62,126 nucleotides of DNA from Candidatus Aminicenantes bacterium (GTDB lineage: Bacteria; Acidobacteriota; Aminicenantia; Aminicenantales; Aminicenantaceae), in NCBI GenBank assembly GCA_021162615.1, contig JAGGYH010000098.1:1-62126 (forward strand), given 5' to 3'. Shown piece after piece: positions 38,796 to 49,185 of the stretch. The position numbers were made by a program, and so were the translations under genes. Position 1 is the first letter of the stretch, and every line of letters begins with the position of its first letter. A model generated the notes under the pieces. It searched no databases and was not told the origin of the DNA. It saw only the letters and a program-made list of their open reading frames with translations.

Positions 38796-41139
38796 TTTTT
38801 GGTTTCTTTGATTTTGGTTTTTTTCTTTGTTTGTTTTCAAAGTTGAATCCGGGGTATTCGATTCTGGGGTGGAATACAGTATCAAGTGTTGATAAAAAGG
38901 AAGAAGCGATGGCCTTTAGCTCTTTGAGCGAGAGGTTGCAGTGATCAAGCTGGCCGTCGAGAAGATAATTGTTGAATATCTCATTAATAAGTCTTTTTAA
39001 ATTATCCCGGGTCGGCTTTTCCAGACTTCTGGAAGCCGCTTCGACCGAGTCAGCAAGCATGACCAGCGCTGCTTCCTTTGATTTCGGTTTGGGACCTGCA
39101 TATCTGTAACTTTCTTCTCCAACTTTATACATTTCAGGGTCATATTCTTCTTTGGCTTTTTCGTAAAAATATTTCATTAAAGAGTCCCCATGATGCTGGG
39201 CAATGATTTCTTTTATTTTTTTGGGGAGCTTCAGCTGGTTTGCTTTTTCAACGCCTTCCTTCACATGGTTTATGATGACCAGGCTGCTCATGCTGGGCTT
39301 GAGGTCCTCATGCATATTGCTTTTTCTGGTCCTGTTTTCAATGAAGTATTCGGGTCGTTTGATCTTCCCGATGTCATGATACATGGCGCCGGCTTTGACA
39401 AGAAGCGGGTTTATTTTTATTTCTTCTGCTGCATTTTCCGAAAGGGAGGCTACAATAAGGGAATGATGATAAGAACCGGGAGCTTCCATAGCCATTTTTC
39501 TGAAAATAGGAAGGTCTGAGTTCGTCAGTTCATTGAGCTTTGATTGGGTCAGTATACCGAATGTGTTCTCGAAAAGAGGGATGAACACAAAGGCAAAAGC
39601 GCCGCTCACCACTCCTCCCATGATTCCCATTATGATTTCGCTGGAAAAAACACTTACAGGTCCGATGGTTTCTCTCATAAGATGAAATATGATTATGGTC
39701 GTAAGATTTATCGGAGCGACCAGAAAAACACCTGCTTTGAAAGCAGATATCATGGATCTTCCATAATGTTTGGTTCCGAATACAGCAGCCATGCCACCCA
39801 CCATTGTGAAAAGCATGAGGTAAAAATTGGCTTTGAAAAGATGTCCCACTATTATGCTGTTGAGAAAAGTGAAAATTATTCCCATATGGATTCCAAGAAG
39901 GTAAGTGAAAAGGATGCTCCCCAGCTGAAAGGGAAGGGCATAGTTAAGGCCCTGGGAATTTTCCAGCATAGTGATATTAGAATTCTGGCTGATGAGCTGT
40001 ACAAGGAATATTGAAAACTTATAGAGGACAAGACTGAGAAGAGCCAGCACGCCTGTCATGATGTATTTATTAAGGGAATCTTCTTTGTTTTTTCTGGATG
40101 AAAAATAGGACATGAGAGCAAGAAAAAGAATCCCGAAGAGAATAAAAGAGCCTAAAAAATTGGTAAGCCAGCTTGGTTTGTTGCTGAGATTCTGATTTAT
40201 TATTTCTATTTGTTTGATGATGTCTTGTTTGGCTTCGTCTCCTTTGCGGAGAAGTACTTTTCCTTTTTTTATGGTGTAAAATACTGTCTCTACATTTGAC
40301 CGGGCGTTTACTTTCCGGAGTTCTGTTTCAATGGGATTATAGGTGATGTTTTCTCTGATAAATAAGTTTGAGAGAGATTTTAAAAGAGATTTTTCCCTGT
40401 TTGAGATATCCATTCCGGATATTTCCCTGGACAAGGCTTCCTTGCATTCATCTATCTCCAGTATATCAGATATTTTTACTGTTTTTTCCTGACCCGTGCT
40501 TGTGATGAGCGTGAATCCTCTTTCCTGCTCATTGCTGGAGAAAAGGCTCTTTGATGTGATGATGCCTGTTTTCGAATATTTTCTGACAAGAGTTATGAGA
40601 TCCTCTTCCATTTGGGTCGAAAAGCCTTCCTGTATCAGCGAACCTGCGGTGCTTGAGGAGATATCTATCCCGTATTTGTCTGCATATTCTTTTCTGAGGC
40701 TTTCTATCCGGGGGCTGGTAGGCCCTTTTTGCATCAGATCTCTTCCCGAGTTGAAAAGGTCCCTGATTTTTTCTTCTGTGTTGAGGCTCACATTTTCATC
40801 AAGTGAATAGACGGGCAGAACAGTATCAGCTGCTTCTTGTTTGCGCTTTTCAGTCGTTTCTGTATCTTCTATAGTCATATCAGAAGGAGCCACTACGTTT
40901 GACGAAGCGATTTCTCCTTCCTCAAAATTGGGAAGAGAGTGGGAAGGTATGTATGTCGTGAGTATGGTTATGGAAATGGTAAAGATGACAAAATAAAAAT
41001 AGGGACTGTTGATTATTTTTTTTATAAATCCGATTTCTTTTTTCAATGTTGCAGGGATGTGGTTATTTTTTTTCTTTTTTGGCGGTGGGGAAGGATTCTT
41101 CTTGAAGAAGTTGATTTTTTTTATGTTGAATGGTTCCAT
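38740..41139 (-). CDS. 7TM-HDIG phosphohydrolase (PgpH-like)
   Basis: Extracellular domain, 7 TM helices, APGSYHHS, YHDIGK, QHHG, MLADSVEAA. Confidence 0.88.
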   Translation of the reverse strand: MEPFNIKKINFFKKNPSPPPKKKKNNHIPATLKKEIGFIKKIINSPYFYFVIFTISITILTTYIPSHSLPNFEEGEIASSNVVAPSDMTIEDTETTEKRKQEAADTVLPVYSLDENVSLNTEEKIRDLFNSGRDLMQKGPTSPRIESLRKEYADKYGIDISSSTAGSLIQEGFSTQMEEDLITLVRKYSKTGIITSKSLFSSNEQERGFTLITSTGQEKTVKISDILEIDECKEALSREISGMDISNREKSLLKSLSNLFIRENITYNPIETELRKVNARSNVETVFYTIKKGKVLLRKGDEAKQDIIKQIEIINQNLSNKPSWLTNFLGSFILFGILFLALMSYFSSRKNKEDSLNKYIMTGVLALLSLVLYKFSIFLVQLISQNSNITMLENSQGLNYALPFQLGSILFTYLLGIHMGIIFTFLNSIIVGHLFKANFYLMLFTMVGGMAAVFGTKHYGRSMISAFKAGVFLVAPINLTTIIIFHLMRETIGPVSVFSSEIIMGIMGGVVSGAFAFVFIPLFENTFGILTQSKLNELTNSDLPIFRKMAMEAPGSYHHSLIVASLSENAAEEIKINPLLVKAGAMYHDIGKIKRPEYFIENRTRKSNMHEDLKPSMSSLVIINHVKEGVEKANQLKLPKKIKEIIAQHHGDSLMKYFYEKAKEEYDPEMYKVGEESYRYAGPKPKSKEAALVMLADSVEAASRSLEKPTRDNLKRLINEIFNNYLLDGQLDHCNLSLKELKAIASSFLSTLDTVFHPRIEYPGFNFENKQRKKPKSKKPKNDRSPQSTKKTPAKKEQV

Positions 41140-41141
41140 GT

Positions 41142-42086
41142 TTATTTTATGTTTTCAGCTTTTTTGTAAGCTCTGATTATTTTTTGGACCAAGGGATGTC
41201 TCACCACATCCTTTTCGTTGAACCGGACAAATGCGATCTCTTTGATGTATGAAAGAATTTTCATAGCATGCAGGACACCGGATTTTTTAGGCTGTGGAAG
41301 ATCGATTTGTGTGATATCTGCAGTGACGACAAGCTTGGAGCCAAAGCCTGTTCTGGTTAAGAGCATTTTCATCTGCTCTTTGGTTGTGTTTTGCGCTTCA
41401 TCCATGATGATAAAAGCACTGTTCAGGGTTCGTCCCCTCATATACGCAAGAGGAGCGATCTCTATAATGTCTTTTTCCATTAGGTTATTAGCCTGTTCAT
41501 AAAGGATGAGGTCGAAAAGAGCATCATAGAGAGGTCGAAGATAAGGATTTATTTTTTGCTGGAGGTCTCCCGGAAGAAAGCCCAGTTTCTCACCGGCTTC
41601 GACTGCAGGCCGTGTCAGAATGATGCGGTTGACCATTTTATTCTGAAGAAAGGAAAGGGCAAGAGCCATGGCCAGGTATGTCTTTCCGGTCCCGGCAGGC
41701 CCGATTCCAAATACCAGATCGTTTTTTTTTATAGACTGGATGTATTTTTGCTGGTTTAAAGACTTGGGAGTCACGGATTTTCGGGATAATATGAGAGGTT
41801 CAGCTGGAAAAAATTTATCCAGCCCCTTGGAACTGTCTTCCTCCAGAAGGTCTAAGGCTATACTGAAGTCTTCTTTTCTTAGAGGCCGTCCCTGAGCTTC
41901 ATATTTTTTTAACTGGTCGAAATAATATTTTGTAAACTCTATCTTTTCTTCAGGTCCGTCGATCAATATGGATTTTCCGCGAATGGAGAGCAGAACTCCC
42001 AGCCTTTTCTCAAGTTTTTTTAAGTTTTTATCCAGCACCCCTGAAAAAGCACTATTATCAATAAAAGGGTTTTCTATTTTTTCCAT
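41142..42086 (-). CDS. phoH: PhoH-family ATPase
   Basis: GPAGTGKT, RPAVEAGEKLGFLPG, RGRTL, DEAQN, DVVRHPLV. Confidence 0.93.
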   Translation of the reverse strand: MEKIENPFIDNSAFSGVLDKNLKKLEKRLGVLLSIRGKSILIDGPEEKIEFTKYYFDQLKKYEAQGRPLRKEDFSIALDLLEEDSSKGLDKFFPAEPLILSRKSVTPKSLNQQKYIQSIKKNDLVFGIGPAGTGKTYLAMALALSFLQNKMVNRIILTRPAVEAGEKLGFLPGDLQQKINPYLRPLYDALFDLILYEQANNLMEKDIIEIAPLAYMRGRTLNSAFIIMDEAQNTTKEQMKMLLTRTGFGSKLVVTADITQIDLPQPKKSGVLHAMKILSYIKEIAFVRFNEKDVVRHPLVQKIIRAYKKAENIK

Positions 42087-42323
42087 TTTAATAATGTATT
42101 AAATATAAAGGTGGGATTTGTTTGTCATCTTTTCATGTAAATACATAATAAACATGATATTGGGTGCTTTGTCAAGTCATCCTCCCTCCCAAATTATTCA
42201 TAAAAACCGGCATGTCATCAAGGGGAGCAGAGCGGCGGAGCGGTACCATTCATAAGAAGCGCATCATGATGAGACAAATTTATCTTGCAGGAAATGCGTT
42301 TATTAATTAATATAATAGTCATT

Positions 42324-42908
42324 ATGAGTTTAAAAAAAGATACCAATTATATTGTTTCCGGGCTGGAACGTTCGGGCACATCTATGATAATGCAGATTTT
42401 GCATTCAGGAGGAGTCCCGGTTGCTTTTGATTTCACCTCCAGGCCGGCGGATGAAAATAATCCTAAAGGATATTTTGAACTTGAGGGAGGGAAGGTTATA
42501 AACAGACTGATGGACGGTACGTTTCCGTTGGAAATGTATAGGGGGAAGTTTATAAAGATAACGTCATTCGGAATGCGGTTTCTTCCCAAAGGAAAGTATA
42601 AAGTTATCTATACACAGCGCAATATAGAAGAAGTGTTGTTCTCAATGGAAAGGATGACAAAGAAAAAAGATGAGAACAGAGCTGAGATCAGGGACAGTTT
42701 TCTTAAGCTGGACATACTTGTAAAGGACATCATAACCAAAAGAGATGATATTGAAGAACTTTTTGTCAATTATAACCAGATAATAAAAAATCCGAAAGAG
42801 AACATAGAAAAGATCAGTCATTTTATAAAAGAGGAAGAAGTAAACCTTGATAAAATGATTGAAAGCGTGGACCTAAGCCTTTATAGAAACAGAGAAATCA
42901 ATGATTGA
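42324..42908 (+). CDS. Sulfotransferase-family protein
   Basis: IVSGLERSGTSM (PAPS-binding loop), NPKGYFE, RNIEEVLFS. Confidence 0.75.
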   Translation: MSLKKDTNYIVSGLERSGTSMIMQILHSGGVPVAFDFTSRPADENNPKGYFELEGGKVINRLMDGTFPLEMYRGKFIKITSFGMRFLPKGKYKVIYTQRNIEEVLFSMERMTKKKDENRAEIRDSFLKLDILVKDIITKRDDIEELFVNYNQIIKNPKENIEKISHFIKEEEVNLDKMIESVDLSLYRNREIND

Positions 42909-42970
42909 TTCGGATTACTTGTAGAACATTTTTCCATAGAGAGTCCGGATCTAAAAGAGTGGAGGGAAGT

Positions 42971-43186
42971 ATGGCTAAAAACAGAAGGAAAATATCAATT
43001 CCTGTTTCTACATTTGAACAAATCAAAAAGCTGGCGGAGAAAGAAAAAGCGGGTTCGGTTGAGGAGTATATCGTTAAGCTGCTTGAGAAAAAAATTCTGG
43101 AGGACCGGGACAAAAGCCATGATTTCAGTAAAGAGGATGAAGAAAAAGTCAAGGAGCGGCTTAAAGCTCTCGGTTATATGGACTGA
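42971..43186 (+). CDS. Small RHH/CopG-like protein ending in RLKALGYMD
   Basis: GGAGG RBS; ISIP strand plus two helices; acidic linker and RLKALGY tail. Confidence 0.7.
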   Translation: MAKNRRKISIPVSTFEQIKKLAEKEKAGSVEEYIVKLLEKKILEDRDKSHDFSKEDEEKVKERLKALGYMD

Positions 43187-43264
43187 ATCGAAATATATTT
43201 GATTGTATCCTGGAAACGGGGGATTGATACTCCATCCCATCAAGGACGATTAAGGAGCTAAGAC

Positions 43265-44569
43265 ATGAAGATCGGTGTCATCGGAACGGGATATGTCGGA
43301 TTGGTCACAGCGGTCGGGCTTGCTGATATGGGGCATAACGTCACAGGGACTGATAAGGTCACGGAAAAAATTGAAAAAGCATCAAGAGGCATAGTTCCGA
43401 TTTACGAGCCGGGCCTTGGTGATTTGTTGAGGAAAAACCTCAAGAAGGGAAACCTGTGCTTTAACTCAGATCTTGAAGAAACCATAAGGTCTTCTGATGT
43501 GCTTTTTGTGTGTGTCAATACACCCCAGAGGAAAGACGGAAGTGCTGATATGACGTTCGTAGAGGGGGTATCGCGTTGTATCGCTGAAAATCTGAATGGA
43601 TACAAGCTGATCGTTGAAAAAAGCACGGTTCCTGTCCGGACATCTTCCTGGATTAAACGCACAATGACACTTTACAAGGCCGGTGAATGTTCTTTTGATG
43701 TGGCCTCAAATCCTGAATTTTTAAGAGAAGGTTCGGCTGTATCGGATTTTCTTGATCCTGATCGCATTATCATTGGGGTGGAATCTGACAAAGCAAGGGA
43801 TATGCTTTTAAAAATCTATGAGAAATATAAGGACAAGATTTACATAACAAATATCGACACAGCCGAACTTATCAAGCATGCGTCCAATTCTTTTCTTGCC
43901 ATGAAGATATCTTATATAAACTTGATTTCCGATCTATGCGAAAAAACAGATGCGGATGTGGAGTTTGTTGCCAAAGGGATGGGATTGGACTCTCGAATCG
44001 GGAAACAGTTTCTTCAAGCCGGATTGGGATACGGCGGTTCCTGTTTCCCCAAAGATGTCCGGGCTCTGGTTAAAATGGGAGAAGACCTGGGTATTGATAT
44101 GAAGCTGCTGAAAGAGGTCGACAGGATAAATATGGCGAGAACAGATATGTTCATAAAAAAAGTAAAGAACGCTCTGTGGATACTGAAGAACAAGAAACTG
44201 GCTGTTCTTGGACTGGCTTTTAAGCCCAGGACAGATGATATTCGGAACGCTCCCAGTATTCATATCATTGAAAGGCTTTTGGAGGAAGAAGCCCGGCTTT
44301 CTCTCTATGACCCGGAGGCGGTAAAAAACATAAAGGCGCTTTTCCCTGAGGGCAGGCCGGAGATCCTTTATGCGGCGTCAGCTTACCAAGCATTGGAAGG
44401 AGCGAACGCAGCTCTCTTTGTGACCGAGTGGGAGGAGCTGAAAAACCTGGACTTGAAAAAGGCCAAAAAATTAATGGAGAATCCCATAATCATTGACGGC
44501 CGAAATATATTTAAACCAGGGGACGTGAGAAAGCTGGGGTTCGAGTACTACTCCATCGGCAGAAAATAA
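43265..44569 (+). CDS. ugd: UDP-glucose 6-dehydrogenase
   Basis: GTGYVG, KSTVP, NPEFLREG, GYGGSCFPKD, GLAFK, DGRN. Confidence 0.94.
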   Translation: MKIGVIGTGYVGLVTAVGLADMGHNVTGTDKVTEKIEKASRGIVPIYEPGLGDLLRKNLKKGNLCFNSDLEETIRSSDVLFVCVNTPQRKDGSADMTFVEGVSRCIAENLNGYKLIVEKSTVPVRTSSWIKRTMTLYKAGECSFDVASNPEFLREGSAVSDFLDPDRIIIGVESDKARDMLLKIYEKYKDKIYITNIDTAELIKHASNSFLAMKISYINLISDLCEKTDADVEFVAKGMGLDSRIGKQFLQAGLGYGGSCFPKDVRALVKMGEDLGIDMKLLKEVDRINMARTDMFIKKVKNALWILKNKKLAVLGLAFKPRTDDIRNAPSIHIIERLLEEEARLSLYDPEAVKNIKALFPEGRPEILYAASAYQALEGANAALFVTEWEELKNLDLKKAKKLMENPIIIDGRNIFKPGDVRKLGFEYYSIGRK

Positions 44570-44575
44570 TCAGGG

Positions 44576-46003
44576 CTAGAAGGCTCCTTTTTGGGAAAAG
44601 AGGATTCTGAGGCTTTTCAACAATATCACGATATCCATCCAGACAGACCAGTTTCTAATGTAGTATTCGTCGATCCTGAGCCGCTCATCAAAAGGGAGAT
44701 TTGACCTGCCGCTGACCTGCCATAATCCGGTTAAACCGGGTTTGACTCTGGTTATCGTGCTGAGGGATTGGTCGCTGTCTTTGACTTCCTCTGGCAGATA
44801 CGGGCGCGGTCCCACAATACTCATATTCCCTTTAAGAACATTGAAAAGCTGGGGAAGTTCATCCAAACTGAATTTTCTGATTAACCGGCCGACCCTGGTT
44901 ATCCTGGGGTCATAATTTTTTAACTTTTTGTATTTTTCCCATTCGCCTCTTGCTTTTTCATCTGATTCCAAATATTTGATGAGCCTGGTTTCATTGTCAT
45001 TATACATAGAGCGAAACTTATAAAGATGGAACAATTTTTTGTCTTTTCCGATTCTTTCCTGAACAAAAAAAATATTTCCTTTTGTGTCCAGTTTTATCAT
45101 AAGAGCGGTTACAAGGAAGATCGGCATGGTTAAGACAACCAGAAACAGAGCAAAAAGGATTTCAAAGAAGTTTTTTAAGAGGAGGTTCCAGGGTTTGACC
45201 AGGTTCCTTTTCAGATAAAGGGTAAATATATTTCCTATGACTTCTATGTTGACCCCTTCTGTAATAAAATCGCCGCTTCTCGGTATGATCCACATGGATT
45301 CGCAGTTCTGTTCACAAAGGGACAGTATTTTTTTGAACTCTTTACGGGATTTATGAGGCGTTGCCACCATGATATCTTTTGATTGATAGGTTTTGGATAT
45401 CTCTGCGATTTTTGACAGGGGCCCTAATACTCTTATACCCGCGAATGTCTTCCCTATGAGCTCCGGGGAATCTTCGATGAGGGCGGTTACTTCATAACCC
45501 ATTGTCCTGTTTTTTTTTATGTTTCTGATAACCTGAAGGCTTGTTTCATGGACTCCTACCATTATCAGTTTCTTTTTCCAAAGATTGAATCTTATAAGGC
45601 TTGTTTTTACAATAAAACGGAACAATGGAAAGAGAAACAAACTGAGTACCCATGCAAGCACAACCGTGGTTCTTGAGAAGTTAACCTCAGCTTTTGCCAG
45701 GAAGATAGCGATCATTATAAAGGCAGAGGAGAAAGTAGCGCTTTTAATGAGTGTTTTGACTTCTTCCCAAAAGGGAAACCGCTTGGTATAGAGCTTTTTA
45801 TAGCTGAAAACCAGGATCCAAACCAGAACCATGAAACAATAGGAAAGATATGTTGAAAAAGGGAACATACCAATACTGCGGTATCTCTTGAAGACCAAAA
45901 CAAGTATTTCACCTCTTATGAGATTGGCGAGGTAAAAACTCAAAAGAACAACGATGATGTCAGTGATAACAAGAGCAAAGAATGAAATGATTTTTTTTCT
46001 CAT
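44576..46003 (-). CDS. wbaP: Undecaprenyl-phosphate hexose-1-phosphate transferase (WbaP-like)
   Basis: KFRSM, DPRITRVG, SLDELPQLFNV, GPRP, KPGLTGLWQV. Confidence 0.85.
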   Translation of the reverse strand: MRKKIISFFALVITDIIVVLLSFYLANLIRGEILVLVFKRYRSIGMFPFSTYLSYCFMVLVWILVFSYKKLYTKRFPFWEEVKTLIKSATFSSAFIMIAIFLAKAEVNFSRTTVVLAWVLSLFLFPLFRFIVKTSLIRFNLWKKKLIMVGVHETSLQVIRNIKKNRTMGYEVTALIEDSPELIGKTFAGIRVLGPLSKIAEISKTYQSKDIMVATPHKSRKEFKKILSLCEQNCESMWIIPRSGDFITEGVNIEVIGNIFTLYLKRNLVKPWNLLLKNFFEILFALFLVVLTMPIFLVTALMIKLDTKGNIFFVQERIGKDKKLFHLYKFRSMYNDNETRLIKYLESDEKARGEWEKYKKLKNYDPRITRVGRLIRKFSLDELPQLFNVLKGNMSIVGPRPYLPEEVKDSDQSLSTITRVKPGLTGLWQVSGRSNLPFDERLRIDEYYIRNWSVWMDIVILLKSLRILFSQKGAF

Positions 46004-46079
46004 TATTTTTTTAATACAATACAGCAGTCAAAAAAAAGTTGAAAGAAGTATGACAAACTAATAATATCCTAAATATATC

Positions 46080-48131
46080 ATGGATTTCAAACTAAAAACA
46101 TTCCTATCAGCATTGGCGGCAGGGACTGTTTTTGTATTCATATATATGAGGTATCTGCCTTTGGTTTTTCCATTCCAATATATTTTGATCTCTCTTTGCT
46201 TGCTGGTTTTTTTGGTGACCGTATTCAATAGGACCTCCGGAGCTCTTATCATTGTTTTTTGTCTGCCTGTCATAAACAGCCTTCCTCATTTTTTTTCTCT
46301 GAAAGCATTGAATCCTCTGATTTTCCTTTTTTATTCTTTTTTAATAGGGTTTTTGATCCATCAGAGCTTTAGCGGAGACTCTTTGAGCCTAAAGAGTCTG
46401 TTGAGGCTTCCCATAATCGGAACTTCTGCTCTAATCGGGATATCTGCCTTGCTGACCTTTTGGAGGTACACGAATTTTTTCCCCATATACGGCAGCACTG
46501 TCTATGACCTGACTATTAATGTTATTGGCGTAAAAGCAGGGGGAGCTATTGAAAGGATCGTGTTCGATACTTTGATCTATGCAGCGGGATTCATCTGGTT
46601 CTTTATAATCATTAATATCTTTAAAAACAAGGATGTCATAAAAAAGGCTCTGATTCTCCTTTCGTCCTCTGCATTCCTTTCATTTTGTTTTGGTTTGTAT
46701 CAGTCATATTCAAATTTAGATCTGGGAAATACTCCTTTTTTCATTTCGCTCAAACGGGCTAACGGTCTTTTTTCCGACTCAAATGCTTTGGGAGTCTTTA
46801 TTGCCTTTGGTATCCCCATCTTTGCAGGCGGATTTCTTTCTTTTAAGAACTGGGAAAGGCTGATTTTTATACCGCCTGTTCTAGCCGGGATCTTGCTTAT
46901 CCCAGGAAGCGGATCCAGGAGTGGTTTTTTAGGGATTGTCATTGCTGCGGTCCTCATGGCTGCCTTTTACATAAAAAACACAAGGGTTTTCAGCAAAAGT
47001 AATCCCAGGCAGTTCAGAAAAGCGGTGATTTATTCGGTGGCGTCTTTTTTGCTTGTCATATTGCTTTTTGTTGTCCTGTTAACCGGAAATTCCACCCTGA
47101 GTGATAGATTTAAATCCAACATTGCGCATTTTTCAGAAGAAAATTTTTTAGAGGAAATAGCCCAAGGAAGAACATATATATGGGAAGCAGGATTGATGAT
47201 GTGGGAGGAAAATCCTCTAAGCGGCATAGGGCTGGGCTCTTTTACAGTGGAGCTGCCTAATTACTATAAGAAATACAATATAATGGAGGTGCGATACAAC
47301 GATAAGGGAAGAACTCCTGATGTGCTCGTGGATACGGCTGATAATTTTTATATTCAAATTTTATCAGAGCTCGGAATCATCGGATTGGTTTTCTTTTTGT
47401 GGATTTTTTATCTTATTGTCCGGCAAGTCTTTAGAAGCGTATACAGAAAGGTTTTGAGTGCTGGAGTGAGGGGAGTTCTAATTGGAATTTCCGCATCATT
47501 GATATCTCTATTTGTTCTTTTTCTGTTTGGAATCCATATACTGCATTTTGAGATCCAGTTGGTGTTTTGGCTTGCTGTTGGGATTCTGTTTTCACTGACA
47601 TCTGAAGGGGAAAAGAAAAGAGACAGATCTCCTCTGAAAAAGGAATTTGTTGTCTTTCTGGTAATCCTTTTTACGGCATTTCATGTCTGGGGTACTTTTC
47701 GTGATTTATCCCTGAAGGAAAGGAGTGAGGAGTTTAACCTCAAAAGCAATTTTGGTTTTTATGAACAGGAGATGATGCAGCAGAGGCCTTTCAGGTGGAC
47801 GAAAAAGAATGCGGGATTGACCGTTCACATAGACAAGCCAGTTTTGAGCCTTGCTGTTCTGGCATCCCACCCTGATATTCAAGAGAATCCAGTGACTCTG
47901 GAACTGTACTTCATAAAAGAATTATTCAGGGAAAAGAGATTCCTGGATAGAGTCATAATCAAAAAAAGCAGCTGGATCGACTTGAAATATGATCTTTCCT
48001 CTGAGGCAGGGTCAGAGGGGATCCTGCTTTTGAAAGTGAGCCGTACATGGCGGCCCATAAAAATGCTCGGGACTCCGGACCCCCGGCCCCTGGGCGTGGC
48101 CGTGAGTGAGTTAGAGTTTAGAAGCAAATAA
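46080..48131 (+). CDS. O-antigen ligase/Wzy_C-family membrane protein
   Basis: RANGLFSDSN, SGSRSG, GRTYIW, PLSGIGLG, ADNFYIQILSELGIIG. Confidence 0.8.
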   Translation: MDFKLKTFLSALAAGTVFVFIYMRYLPLVFPFQYILISLCLLVFLVTVFNRTSGALIIVFCLPVINSLPHFFSLKALNPLIFLFYSFLIGFLIHQSFSGDSLSLKSLLRLPIIGTSALIGISALLTFWRYTNFFPIYGSTVYDLTINVIGVKAGGAIERIVFDTLIYAAGFIWFFIIINIFKNKDVIKKALILLSSSAFLSFCFGLYQSYSNLDLGNTPFFISLKRANGLFSDSNALGVFIAFGIPIFAGGFLSFKNWERLIFIPPVLAGILLIPGSGSRSGFLGIVIAAVLMAAFYIKNTRVFSKSNPRQFRKAVIYSVASFLLVILLFVVLLTGNSTLSDRFKSNIAHFSEENFLEEIAQGRTYIWEAGLMMWEENPLSGIGLGSFTVELPNYYKKYNIMEVRYNDKGRTPDVLVDTADNFYIQILSELGIIGLVFFLWIFYLIVRQVFRSVYRKVLSAGVRGVLIGISASLISLFVLFLFGIHILHFEIQLVFWLAVGILFSLTSEGEKKRDRSPLKKEFVVFLVILFTAFHVWGTFRDLSLKERSEEFNLKSNFGFYEQEMMQQRPFRWTKKNAGLTVHIDKPVLSLAVLASHPDIQENPVTLELYFIKELFREKRFLDRVIIKKSSWIDLKYDLSSEAGSEGILLLKVSRTWRPIKMLGTPDPRPLGVAVSELEFRSK

Positions 48132-48142
48132 GCTACGCCACA

Positions 48143-49129
48143 TCAGCAGATTCGGGGCAGAAGCTCTGAAGTCAAAGGCTCAAGAAGTCTCAATCCCCCT
48201 GAAAGAGTGGAGAGCAGAAGTTCACCGGGTCTGCCCAGCTTGTCATCAACACGGCCTATGACCTCAGCTGTTTCTCCATTTTTATTTTTACGTATTTCTT
48301 TCACTGCGCTTTCTGTTTTTTCTTTTTCTACGACAAGGAGAGCCCTGCCTTCACAGGCCAAATACAAGGGATCAATACCCAGGAGTTCACTTGCAGCCTG
48401 AACAGGTTGGGATAAAGGTATTTTTTCTTCTTCTATAATGACTGAAAAAGGAAGTTTTTCCGAAAGTTCGGAAAGCACTGTGGCCAATCCGCCTCTTGTG
48501 ATATCGCGCATCCATAAAGCTCCCTTTTTCCATAAAGGCAGGAGAAAATTAAGAGGAGCGCAGTCACTTTTTACTTCTGCTTCTATTCCGAATTCTTCCC
48601 TCGCCAGCATGATCGCGAGACTGTGTTCTCCGAGTGTGCCCGTTGTGATGATCGTGTCTCCGGGTTTGATTTTTTTAAGGGATGGTCTGGCAAATAGAGA
48701 GCCCACTCCGGCGGTATTGATAAAAATTTTGTCTCCCTGTCCCTGTTTGACTACTTTGGTATCACCGGTGGTTATAGAGACGTGGGCTTTGTCAGCCGCT
48801 TCTTTTACAGATTTCAGTATTCGTATCACCGTATTCAATTCAAGCCCTTCTTCTATGATCAAGGAAAGGGAAAGGAATTCAGGTTTGACTCCGGAGACAA
48901 TCAAATCGTTTACAGTTCCGTTAACGCTCAGAGACCCTATGTCGCCGCCGGGAAAGAAAATCGGGTCAACAACATAACTGTCAGTTGTAAATCCGATCTT
49001 ATTGGGCAGCAGAGCTGAATCAGACAGCTCATTGAGAAAAGGGTTGCTGAATATCTTGACAATATAGTCGTCTATAAAATCGCGCATGATTTTTCCGCCG
49101 CTTCCCATTTCCAGACTGATTTTTTTCAC
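48143..49129 (-). CDS. hypE: Hydrogenase maturation protein HypE
   Basis: GSGG, TTDSYVV, FPGGDIG, GDTKVV, RDITRGG, C-terminal PRIC. GTG start with AGGAGG RBS. Confidence 0.93.
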   Translation of the reverse strand: MKKISLEMGSGGKIMRDFIDDYIVKIFSNPFLNELSDSALLPNKIGFTTDSYVVDPIFFPGGDIGSLSVNGTVNDLIVSGVKPEFLSLSLIIEEGLELNTVIRILKSVKEAADKAHVSITTGDTKVVKQGQGDKIFINTAGVGSLFARPSLKKIKPGDTIITTGTLGEHSLAIMLAREEFGIEAEVKSDCAPLNFLLPLWKKGALWMRDITRGGLATVLSELSEKLPFSVIIEEEKIPLSQPVQAASELLGIDPLYLACEGRALLVVEKEKTESAVKEIRKNKNGETAEVIGRVDDKLGRPGELLLSTLSGGLRLLEPLTSELLPRIC

Positions 49130-49185
49130 CTTTGCCTCCTTTGTTTCATGCTTTGTGTTTTGGGTTTCCCGGTATTGGTTTTCAT

